Of a DNA stretch of 34,570 bases, positions 26,956 through 34,488 are shown piece after piece. The stretch covers positions 1 to 34,570 of the forward strand of contig JAFPWQ010000058.1 in assembly GCA_017394925.1 (NCBI GenBank), read 5' to 3'. Below the pieces are notes generated by a model. The model did no database searches, had not been told where the DNA came from, and saw only the letters and a program-made list of their open reading frames with translations. Within the stretch, counting starts at the first letter, position 1; every line of letters begins with the position of its first letter. Made by a program: the position numbers and the translations under genes. Origin of the DNA: Synergistaceae bacterium (lineage in GTDB: Bacteria; Synergistota; Synergistia; Synergistales; Aminobacteriaceae).

Positions 26956-28846
26956 CAGTCCTTACGGGCATTCCGTCGTCATTGCGTTCAATTATTTCAT
27001 TGCCGGCTTCATCACGAATGTAAATCGTATTGCCGCGTCTGTCATGTCCGACTCTGTCTATGCTGGCCATGAATACAGGGTAATTCGCAATGTGATTCGC
27101 AATTGCCTCATTCGTTTTCTCACGTTCGGTCTTCTTCTGAAGAATGAGTATCGATGTCTGCGTTCCGTTGTTGGGCTGAAATGTATCAGGCGTTAAATCA
27201 AGACTCGCCGCTGCAGTGTGATTCGTGAGAATCCATTGACGTATATAGCCCAGTCCAGGCGATCCCAAAATCGAATCAGGAAGTATAATCCCCATTCTGC
27301 CGCCCTCTTTCAGTAACTGCGTGCACCTCTCAATGAATAATATCTCAGGAGGAACTGATGACTGCAATTTATTCTGCATTTCCCATGTATTTGAATCTTT
27401 GCCGCGTTTCCACATGTGAGCGAGTTCAAATTGTTCGAGTATATATTCATCTTTTATCGGGATTTTGCTTCCGAACGGAGGATTCGTAACTATCACGTCA
27501 AAGAGTGCAATGCTTTTATGATTCCTGATTGATGATGCCTTTATGCCTAATGCCTTTGCAATATGCTCTTTGAATTCTTCCGGCCACATGTGCGGCGGTA
27601 AAAGTGAGTTCACCTGTAATATATTTCCGCTTCCGTCGTTATTCATGACCATATTCATGCGTGTTGCCTTTGCGAGATCCGGATTCAGGTCAAACCCGAA
27701 ATACTGACGTGATGCAATCTCTTTCACTCTGTCATCATATTCTCTGAGCTGTGAGCTGTTCCATTTATCTTTGGGAATTCCGAAATCTTTCTCGAACATG
27801 GCCTGAAGATTATCAAGCGTGTGAGTCATGGCCGCAACGATGAAGCCTCCCGTGCCGCATGAACTGTCAAGAACTTTTTCGTCAAAGCCCGGGTTAATCA
27901 TCTCGACGGTCATCTTCATAATATTTCTGGGCGTGAAGAATTCTCCTCTGTCCCCTCTGAGATTCGCACCGACAATTTCTTCGTATGCCTTGCCTTTTAT
28001 ATCTATATCTGTGTTCAGGAGGCTGTAACTCTGAAGGGCACTTACGACATAAGCGAGGCTTCTGGGACTGAGATTTATTTTGTCATTCGGGTCAAATATT
28101 TCACTGTATGCAGCTTTCACTCTGTCAAAAATTTTACCGATTCGATTCGCCGCTTTTATCTGGCCGTCAAGACTTTTGCGTTCATTTGATGTCGCGTAGA
28201 ATTCAAGCTCGTTAGGCCGGTTCTTTTCGTCCTGAATCTTGCAGAATATTATCTTGAGGAATTCAAAGAATGCAGGTTGTTTGTGTAACCCGTCATTAGC
28301 GTAGATATGATTATGGCATGTCCTGAATACGAACAGCAAATTATCATCTGAGGCATTGCGCAAAGTGCTTCGCTTTGGTCTGTCGATCTCATCAATTTTT
28401 CCGTTGGCCGCAGGTATGTCATTATATTCAATGAAATCTGTTACGCCTTCTGAATCAATAATTTTTCTGAATACGAATCTGGCCATGCTGTTAGTCCACA
28501 TTCCCCACTCACAATTTGGACATACGGACATGTAAGATTTCAGCTGTTCGATTCCGTCCTTTGAGCTTTCAGCATTAATTGAAGACTTTTTGCATTCGAT
28601 TATGATTTTTGCGTTTTCCTGAGTGTGTTCATCTCCTGAGTTCCATATTACAATGTCTGCTCTTGGGCGTGAACTTCCAGTTTTGATTCCGAATTCAATT
28701 TTTATCTGTTCGCGTTTATATTTCAGTTCATTGATTAATCTTTTCTCGATCGTCTGACGCACATATTCTTCGGGAGTATCATTTCTTTGCTGTCCGTCAA
28801 CAAAATCAAGAATTTTACCCTCCTGTACAGATATAGAATTTTGCAT
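26858..28846 (-). CDS. Fused restriction endonuclease (PD-(D/E)xK, HSDR_N-like) and gamma-class N6-adenine DNA methyltransferase (BcgI-A-like / Type IIB-IIG R-M subunit)
   Basis: The N-terminus has PEEYVRQ...RADIVIW...AKIIIECKK (a D...ExK nuclease core). The centre has GEFFTPRNIMKMTVEMI...VLDSSCGTGGFIV (motifs X and I) and VIVTNPPFGSKIP (NPPF, motif IV). GAGGTGA RBS 7 nt before ATG 28846. No separate HsdR gene is present. Confidence 0.8.
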   Translation of the reverse strand: MQNSISVQEGKILDFVDGQQRNDTPEEYVRQTIEKRLINELKYKREQIKIEFGIKTGSSRPRADIVIWNSGDEHTQENAKIIIECKKSSINAESSKDGIEQLKSYMSVCPNCEWGMWTNSMARFVFRKIIDSEGVTDFIEYNDIPAANGKIDEIDRPKRSTLRNASDDNLLFVFRTCHNHIYANDGLHKQPAFFEFLKIIFCKIQDEKNRPNELEFYATSNERKSLDGQIKAANRIGKIFDRVKAAYSEIFDPNDKINLSPRSLAYVVSALQSYSLLNTDIDIKGKAYEEIVGANLRGDRGEFFTPRNIMKMTVEMINPGFDEKVLDSSCGTGGFIVAAMTHTLDNLQAMFEKDFGIPKDKWNSSQLREYDDRVKEIASRQYFGFDLNPDLAKATRMNMVMNNDGSGNILQVNSLLPPHMWPEEFKEHIAKALGIKASSIRNHKSIALFDVIVTNPPFGSKIPIKDEYILEQFELAHMWKRGKDSNTWEMQNKLQSSVPPEILFIERCTQLLKEGGRMGIILPDSILGSPGLGYIRQWILTNHTAAASLDLTPDTFQPNNGTQTSILILQKKTEREKTNEAIANHIANYPVFMASIDRVGHDRRGNTIYIRDEAGNEIIERNDDGMPVRTVDDQTIELPAVFEEWRGKKKTAFFWGDWNISY
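26896..26910. repeat. T10C5 homopolymer pair at the methylase / specificity-module junction
   Basis: Read directly. The coding strand is GGGGG AAAAAAAAAA. Both overlapping frames run through it (...EEWRGKKKTAFFWGDWNISY* and ...RNGGGKKKRLSSGETGISVIEIK...). A9 (or A12) would fuse the methylase frame to the specificity frame. Confidence 0.9.
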
Positions 28847-28922
28847 TGATGAATCACCTCGTGAAAGAGATCATGAAAATTGAATTTAAAAGTTTAAATC
28901 AGTATACCAGAATCAAAAAGGC

Positions 28923-28958
28923 AAAAAAAATTCCCCTCATCATTAGCGACAAGGGGAA
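28923..28958 (-). terminator. Rho-independent terminator after the acidic-protein gene (minus strand)
   Basis: TTCCCCT (28931-28937) pairs with AGGGGAA (28952-28958). The A8 run at 28923-28930 gives a U8 tract on the minus strand. Confidence 0.8.
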
Positions 28959-28980
28959 TAAATATTTTTTTCATAATATC

Positions 28981-29969
28981 CTAATCTCCGAATAAGCCAA
29001 GTATGTCTGAAAGGTCTACCGAATCATTTTCTTCTTCTACGCGTGTCTTGATTGCTGCTGTCTCATCTTCGAGTTTCTTTCTTGCCTCAAGAATACTTTT
29101 CGCCTGTTCGAGTCTCTTAATCGCCGTATCACGATAGCCGTTATCATAAAGAATCATGGCCGCATTCGTGATGTACCCTCCGAGAAACGCTTCGTACTTT
29201 TTCGCATCCGATTCTGCCCTGTCGAAATCACCCTGAAACTTTCCCGTGAACTGTTTTGCGAACTTTTCAACTTCATGTGATAGTAATTCTCCGCTGATTG
29301 CGCCTAACTCATCAAGCATTTTGTCAAATTCAGTTTTGGTTGATACTGAATCTACATAGCGTTCGCCTGATGTGAAATCATATTTGAGTTTGAATTCTCC
29401 TGGTTCGCCTTCAGACTCAGACTCAGATTCATTTTCGCTTTCATGTTCTGCATTTTTGTTTTCTGATTCAGATTCAGGCTCATGCTCTGTAGGTTCTATT
29501 TGTTCGGGCTCATTGACGGATTCAAATTCGGCTTCAGATATAAATTCCTGCTCATGAGTATCTAGCGTCTCTTCATGTTCAGCTTCGGATTCTATTTCTG
29601 GTTGTGATTCCTGTTGTGATATTATTTCCTGTATTTGTTCAGGTTCATTTTCTTCTGGTTCTTTTTGTTCTGCTGATACTTCCTGTTCCTGCTCCGATTC
29701 AGATTCAGTTTCAGTTTCAAGTTCTGATGTTGGCTGTTCCTGTTCAGATTCAGATTCTAATTCAAGTTCTGCTGTTAATTCCTGCTCTGATTCTAATTCT
29801 ACTTCTTGTCCTGATTCTTTTTGCTGTTCTTGTGCATCTTCCTGAACCGCCGAAACATTATCACTGTCAGAATCACTTTCAGGAACGCAAATATTCTCAG
29901 TATTATCCGAAAGAGTTTCAGATTCATCAAAGTGTTCAAGATTTTCGTTATCCAGTCCAGCGTTTTCAT
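28981..29969 (-). CDS. Extremely acidic Glu/Ser/Gln-rich protein with a structured C-terminal domain; as assembled it has no in-frame canonical start (ATG 29967-29969 is off by one base)
   Basis: I translated 28981-29970 codon by codon. The frame is open for 329 codons from the TAA at 29971-29973, with no ATG/GTG/TTG until MLDELG at 29319. The ORF track therefore reports only 28981-29319. The only ATG just upstream of the open frame (29967-29969) comes into frame if the T4 run at 29963-29966 were T5. Confidence 0.55.
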
Positions 29970-29988
29970 TTTATTTTTCTTTTTCTTT

Positions 29989-30174
29989 TTATTCAAAGAG
30001 TTTTTTTTTCTCGTCAATCAGACTAAGAAGATTTTCAATTCCGGAAAATTCTCCGGCTTCAGGTTCAGACTCAGAATCAGATTCAGATTCAACAGCAACG
30101 ACAGGAGGCAGTAATTTTTCTTCCTCTTTTTGCTTTGCTTTCTTCTTAAGCAGTGCTGCTCTCAGGAACGGCAT
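29989..30174 (-). CDS. Small 61-aa ORF translationally coupled to htpG, in the same frame as the downstream acidic ORF
   Basis: The ATG lies 3 nt after the htpG TAA. It has a basic N-terminus (LLKKKAKQKEEEK), then VESESDSESEPEAGEF, and ends in EKKK (an A9 tract) LFE-TAA. A second in-frame TAA follows 15 nt later. Confidence 0.45.
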   Translation of the reverse strand: MPFLRAALLKKKAKQKEEEKLLPPVVAVESESDSESEPEAGEFSGIENLLSLIDEKKKLFE

Positions 30175-30177
30175 TTT

Positions 30178-32049
30178 TTATTTCACCAGTGCAAGCGTCA
30201 TCAAGTCATCAATGCGCTTCACAAAATCTGCGGGGTCATCAGGAGCAACACCCTCAAGAATCATTGACTGGTCATATAACAGTCTGAGAATGTCATAAAC
30301 TTTTTCGTCATTATTCTTTGACATTTCAAGCAGTTTCTTTATGACGGGATGATTAGCGTTAAGTTCAAGAATGCGTTTCTGTGCAGGAGGATTCTGACCC
30401 ATTGCACGCAGAGTATATTCAATCTGAACGGACATTCCGCCGGATGAATCACGGATACATGCCGGTGAATTCGTGAGAGTCAGTGAGGGCTTCACGTTTT
30501 CGAGCTTATCTCCGAGAATCTCCAGTGCTTTCTTTTTCAGCGTCTCAAATTCTGAATCAAGAGCCTTAAGTTTATTTTCATTCTCTTTCTTCTCGTCATC
30601 ACTGTACGGACTGACTTCATCACTCGCAATGTTAAGCAATTTCTTCGAGCCTTCCGGGAGAATAAAACCTGCCTGCGCTAATATCCACGAATCAACCGTA
30701 TCTGTCATCAATAGAACTTCAAGATTCTTTTCGGTGAATGCTTCAAGTTTTGGTGATGCCTTCAATGCTGAAAGATTATCACTGCCCGTTAAACAGTATA
30801 TGCCTTCCTGATCCGGCTTCATGCGCGATTCATATTCAGCTAACGTTGTCCAGTCGTCATTATTAGTTGTCCTGAATAACGCTATTTCAAGTATATTCTT
30901 TGCATATTCTGAGTCTCTGATTATTCCCTCTTTGAGAATCCTTCCGAATGATGACCAGAATTTAATATATTTTTCGCGGTCAGACGATAATAATTTTTTC
31001 AGCTCAACAAGTATTTTTCTCTGCGTACTCTTCCTGATTACGCGCGTTACTGGTTCGTCCTGCAGAATTTCACGTGAAATATTCAGCGGCAGATCTTCAG
31101 AATCAATTACGCCTCTGACGAATCGCAAGTATTCAGGGATTAATTCTTTGCAGTCATTCATGATGAATACGCGGTTGATATATAGACTTATGCCGCCCGC
31201 TTCGGGATTCATGAACATATCATACGGAGCTTCTGACGGAATAAATAACAGGCCTTTAAAATTCGTGGCACCTTCTGCGTTAATCTTTATGTGCGTTAAA
31301 GGGTCGCGCCAGTCATGCGTCAAATGCTTGTAGAATTCATTATATTCTTCCTCTTTGATTTCACTGTCCGGCCTCTGCCATATTGCCTTCTGTGAGTTAA
31401 TTACTTTATCCTTAAAGACTACAGGCCATGAAATAAAATCCGAATACTTTTCGATTATTTCGCGTATAACCCATTCATTTGAATAATCTTTGAATTCTTC
31501 TTCATTACTGTCATTATGCCTGAGGTATAACGTTACTGTAGTTCCGCATTCACTTCTCTGTTCTGCATCTTCAATCGTATATGAGCCGTCGCCGTCCGAA
31601 ATGAATTTATACGTCTCAGATGACCCTAATTTGCGCGTGAGAACTTCAACTTTATCTGCTGCCATAAAGACAGAATAAAATCCCACGCCGAACTGACCGA
31701 TTAATTCATTCTCGTGATTCTCATTCTTTGCGGCCTTGAGGAATTCTTTCGTTCCTGACTTCGCAATCGTACCAAGATACGCAATCAAATCATCGCGCGA
31801 CATTCCTATTCCGTTATCGCTGACTGAGAGAATCTTTTTCTCACTGTCTGACGTAATTAATATCTCTGGTTTAGTGTTCTCTGCTAATTCTGAATCTTTG
31901 AGGCATTCAATGCGCCTTTTGTCTAATGCATCAGAAGCGTTTGATATAAGCTCACGCAAAAATATATCCCTGTTTGAATACACAGAGCTTATCATCATTT
32001 TCAGTAATTCTGCGGCTTCTGACTGGAAATAAAATTTTTCTTCACTCAT
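30178..32049 (-). CDS. htpG: Molecular chaperone HtpG (Hsp90 family)
   Basis: 623 aa. The N-terminal GHKL ATPase motifs FQSEAAELLKMMISSVYSNRDIFLRELISNASDALDK and DNGIGM are present. Confidence 0.95.
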   Translation of the reverse strand: MSEEKFYFQSEAAELLKMMISSVYSNRDIFLRELISNASDALDKRRIECLKDSELAENTKPEILITSDSEKKILSVSDNGIGMSRDDLIAYLGTIAKSGTKEFLKAAKNENHENELIGQFGVGFYSVFMAADKVEVLTRKLGSSETYKFISDGDGSYTIEDAEQRSECGTTVTLYLRHNDSNEEEFKDYSNEWVIREIIEKYSDFISWPVVFKDKVINSQKAIWQRPDSEIKEEEYNEFYKHLTHDWRDPLTHIKINAEGATNFKGLLFIPSEAPYDMFMNPEAGGISLYINRVFIMNDCKELIPEYLRFVRGVIDSEDLPLNISREILQDEPVTRVIRKSTQRKILVELKKLLSSDREKYIKFWSSFGRILKEGIIRDSEYAKNILEIALFRTTNNDDWTTLAEYESRMKPDQEGIYCLTGSDNLSALKASPKLEAFTEKNLEVLLMTDTVDSWILAQAGFILPEGSKKLLNIASDEVSPYSDDEKKENENKLKALDSEFETLKKKALEILGDKLENVKPSLTLTNSPACIRDSSGGMSVQIEYTLRAMGQNPPAQKRILELNANHPVIKKLLEMSKNNDEKVYDILRLLYDQSMILEGVAPDDPADFVKRIDDLMTLALVK

Positions 32050-32056
32050 TATCTCA

Positions 32057-32401
32057 TTACCTTACTGGTTCGTAATCTATCTCTGACTCGTTTTCTGTTG
32101 CTTCAAGTTTGAATATTACGGGTCTCAGTCCGTCATTGCAGGAACATATTGCAACTCCCGGTTTGCGTATCCAGTCCCCATAATAAAACAGTTCACGCCC
32201 TGAGCCATGCGCAAGAGCAAATGCATACTGATATATTGCCTTCCATGCCTCATCGCAGAAACCTTCAGGCTTCGCATAATCCGCGTAAAATACCTGACCT
32301 TCCTTGAGCATCGGACACGCTCCGAGTCCATCAATGCCGTATTCCTGCGCTAAGTCTTCATTAAGCATGGTCTTAAGAACCGTAATTTTTACTTTCTTCA
32401 T
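32057..32401 (-). CDS. Small Cys-containing protein resembling the TIGR04076 family
   Basis: 114 aa. MKKVKITVLK...GACPMLKEGQVF...PEGFCDEAWKAIY... matches my recollection of the TIGR04076 pattern. Its stop lies 7 nt upstream of the htpG start. Confidence 0.5.
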   Translation of the reverse strand: MKKVKITVLKTMLNEDLAQEYGIDGLGACPMLKEGQVFYADYAKPEGFCDEAWKAIYQYAFALAHGSGRELFYYGDWIRKPGVAICSCNDGLRPVIFKLEATENESEIDYEPVR

Positions 32402-32421
32402 TCTGTTCTCATATTCACAAA

Positions 32422-32454
32422 GCCGGAGAATATGCTGCTATACATTCCTCCGGC
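32422..32454 (-). terminator. Hairpin downstream of rpmF (possible weak terminator or attenuator)
   Basis: GCCGGAG (32422-32428) pairs with CTCCGGC (32448-32454). The minus-strand trailing tract is only TTTGTG. Confidence 0.4.
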
Positions 32455-32480
32455 CTTCGTTAATATCTCATTGACTGCTT

Positions 32481-32681
32481 TTAGCTTGCTGCTTCTTCTG
32501 ATTTGACCTTCACAACCTGACGATTACGATAGTAACCGCATGACGGGCACGCATGATGAACGAGCGTAATTTCACCGCAGTGAGGGCAGCTCATAGTTTC
32601 TGGTGCGCTCAAAGCTCCGAGCCAGTTTGCTTTACGCTGGGCTGTACGCGCATGAGATACTTTTCTTTTCGGTGTTGCCAT
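32481..32681 (-). CDS. rpmF: 50S ribosomal protein L32
   Basis: 66 aa with MATPKRKVSHARTAQRKANW and the zinc-ribbon motifs CPHCGE...CPSCGYY. Confidence 0.93.
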   Translation of the reverse strand: MATPKRKVSHARTAQRKANWLGALSAPETMSCPHCGEITLVHHACPSCGYYRNRQVVKVKSEEAAS

Positions 32682-32711
32682 GATTAAAAATCCCCCTGTG
32701 TAATTTATTAT

Positions 32712-33293
32712 TCAATCTTGAAATTTGAAATTTTTCAGTGCTTCAAGTCTCGGATCTATATTCTCTTTTTTGCATGAACATGGCCCTTCGTTTAAATCTT
32801 TTCCGCATTCTGGACATAAACCTTTGCAGTCATCACGGCATAAAACTTTCGTGGGAAGCAAAGTGTAAATGCTCTCTTCAATCTGCGGCATGACATCAAG
32901 AACATGACCGAAATTATTCACTTCAACGGGCATATAGTCATCAAGTTCATCAAGACCTTCTGCACTATGCGAATAATAAAGATACATTAATTTATCGGAT
33001 ATTTCAAGATTCGCAGGTTTAAGACACCTCGCACATTCACATACTATATCAGCATTAACATTAAGCTCAAGAATCAAAACGTCATCTTCAAGCCAGTGTG
33101 CTAATGCCTCAGCGTGAAATCCATTCGGGAACACGAAAACCTGACCCTCGAAATTTAATACTCCTCCCTGAAAATTGAACTCAGAAAAAATTTCTGTCTC
33201 ATTGTCTCTTCTGGGAGGAAGATTTATTACTGCCTTTAATCCTTCGTGAAATAAATTTTTATGCAAATGCGATTCGCTTCGTCTCTCTTGCAA
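32712..33293 (-). CDS. yceD: YceD/DUF177 family protein (large-subunit rRNA accumulation protein)
   Basis: It sits directly upstream of rpmF. It has the paired Cys motifs CECARCLKP and CKGLCPECG typical of DUF177. The start is uncertain: TTG 33293 overlaps ackA by 35 nt, and the TTG at 33266 is an alternative. Confidence 0.75.
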   Translation of the reverse strand: MQERRSESHLHKNLFHEGLKAVINLPPRRDNETEIFSEFNFQGGVLNFEGQVFVFPNGFHAEALAHWLEDDVLILELNVNADIVCECARCLKPANLEISDKLMYLYYSHSAEGLDELDDYMPVEVNNFGHVLDVMPQIEESIYTLLPTKVLCRDDCKGLCPECGKDLNEGPCSCKKENIDPRLEALKNFKFQD

Positions 33294-34455
33294 TCATAAG
33301 CTCTTCATTCGTCGGGCATACTACAACTTTCACCTTTGAATCATCCGTGCTTACAATCGCTTCTTTTCCGCGAATGTTATTCTTGTCATGATCAATCTTT
33401 ACGCCCATGAACTCAAGTTTTTTACATACAGCCTCACGGGTTGATGCGCTGTTCTCGCCAATGCCTGCCGTGAAGACCAGAACATCGAGACCGCCCATTG
33501 CAACAGTGTAAGCTCCGACATATTTGCTGATTCCGTATTCAAGCATTTCAATTGCAAGTCTGGCTCTGTCATTGCCCTTTGCGGCTGCGTCTTCAACATC
33601 ACGTAAATCACTGCTGACTCCTGAAATGCCGAGTAAACCGCTCTTCTTGTTCATGAAGTTATTCATTTCGTCTGCGCTGTACTTCGTAATATTCTGTACG
33701 AACGGCACACATGCAGGATCCATATCACCCGTTCTTGTTCCCATGAGGACACCGGCAAGAGGCGTTAATCCCATTGATGTATCAATGCATTTTCCGTTTT
33801 TGACGGCACTGATTGAGCTTCCGTTTCCTAAATGGCAGGTTATCATCTTAAGCTCGCTTAACGGCTTTCCGAGAATCTCAGCAGTTCTCAATGCCACAAA
33901 ATGATGGCTCGTTCCGTGCGCACCGTAACGTCTGACTCTGTGCTTCTCGTAGAACTCCCAGGGAAGTCCGTACATGTATGCGTAATCGGGCATGGTCTGA
34001 TGAAATGCTGTATCGAATACTACGACATTCGGCAGTTTCGGCAGTGCGTGCTGAATCGCTTCGATTCCCATGATATGACCAGGATTATGAAGAGGCGCAA
34101 GAGGTATGCACTGTCTGAGACCGTCCATGACTTTATCGTCAACGAGAACTGACTCCTTGTATAAATCTCCGCCTGACACTATGCGGTGCCCTGCCGCTGA
34201 AATTTCATCAAGTGAGCTCAATACTCCGTGATCCTTATCGAGCAATGCATCAAGTACAAGTTTCATTGCTACTTTGTGATCTTTAATCGGGGTCTCAACT
34301 TTGAATGCATCTGCTCCTGTTTTCCTGTGCGTTAAGTTTGAGCCGTCTATGCCGATTCTGTCTACAAGACCCTTTGCACTTACTGATTCATCTTCCATGT
34401 CGAATAACTGATACTTGAGGGATGAACTTCCGCAGTTGATTACGAGAATTTTCAT
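33259..34455 (-). CDS. ackA: Acetate kinase
   Basis: 398 aa with MKILVINCGSSSLKYQLF, the HRIVSGG region and the TAGIGEN motif. Confidence 0.95.
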   Translation of the reverse strand: MKILVINCGSSSLKYQLFDMEDESVSAKGLVDRIGIDGSNLTHRKTGADAFKVETPIKDHKVAMKLVLDALLDKDHGVLSSLDEISAAGHRIVSGGDLYKESVLVDDKVMDGLRQCIPLAPLHNPGHIMGIEAIQHALPKLPNVVVFDTAFHQTMPDYAYMYGLPWEFYEKHRVRRYGAHGTSHHFVALRTAEILGKPLSELKMITCHLGNGSSISAVKNGKCIDTSMGLTPLAGVLMGTRTGDMDPACVPFVQNITKYSADEMNNFMNKKSGLLGISGVSSDLRDVEDAAAKGNDRARLAIEMLEYGISKYVGAYTVAMGGLDVLVFTAGIGENSASTREAVCKKLEFMGVKIDHDKNNIRGKEAIVSTDDSKVKVVVCPTNEELMIARETKRIAFA

Positions 34456-34488
34456 GACGTTATTATTTTACCTGCCTTCGTGTAAAAA

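Noticed and set aside
26645-27196. 183-aa plus-strand ORF spanning the methylase/specificity junction
   Set aside because: It is antisense to two ORFs with clear methyltransferase and TRD motifs and has no recognisable features of its own.
24776-28980. Integrase, transposase or flanking direct repeats defining the TA/R-M segment as a discrete mobile element
   Set aside because: No recombinase-like ORF is present in any frame. The only shared flank sequences are the generic TTCCC(C)TC terminator stems. I treat the segment as an accessory insertion of unknown origin, not an annotated mobile element.
29799-30017. 72-aa basic/hydrophobic minus-strand ORF (inner part MKTLDWITKILNTLMNLKLFRIILRIFAFLKVIL...), considered as a small membrane toxin-like peptide
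   Set aside because: It is the off-by-one frame of the acidic repeat, where GAA-TCT shifted gives AAT-CTG-AAA-type codons. That shift automatically yields Lys/Leu/Ile-rich sequence. Its internal ATG (29967-29969) is more likely the displaced start of the acidic ORF.
29372-30114. Plus-strand ORFs (61, 140 and 97 aa), rich in Leu/Phe/Val or Ser/Asp, across the acidic-gene region
   Set aside because: They are antisense readings of the (GAA/TCT)n-type repeats. The minus-strand frame is continuous with flanking ORFs, follows htpG and ends at a terminator, so the minus strand is the coding one.
28981-30174. Stop-codon reassignment (TAA read as sense) as an explanation for the two in-frame TAAs
   Set aside because: Many confidently called genes in the window terminate at TAA at the expected protein ends (for example glgB, htpG, the upstream TerD gene and the RND genes). 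A genome-wide reassignment is therefore not tenable.
30473-32032. Several plus-strand ORFs of 62-170 aa inside htpG
   Set aside because: They are antisense to an unambiguous 623-aa Hsp90 gene, and their Ser/Phe-rich composition fits off-strand translation.
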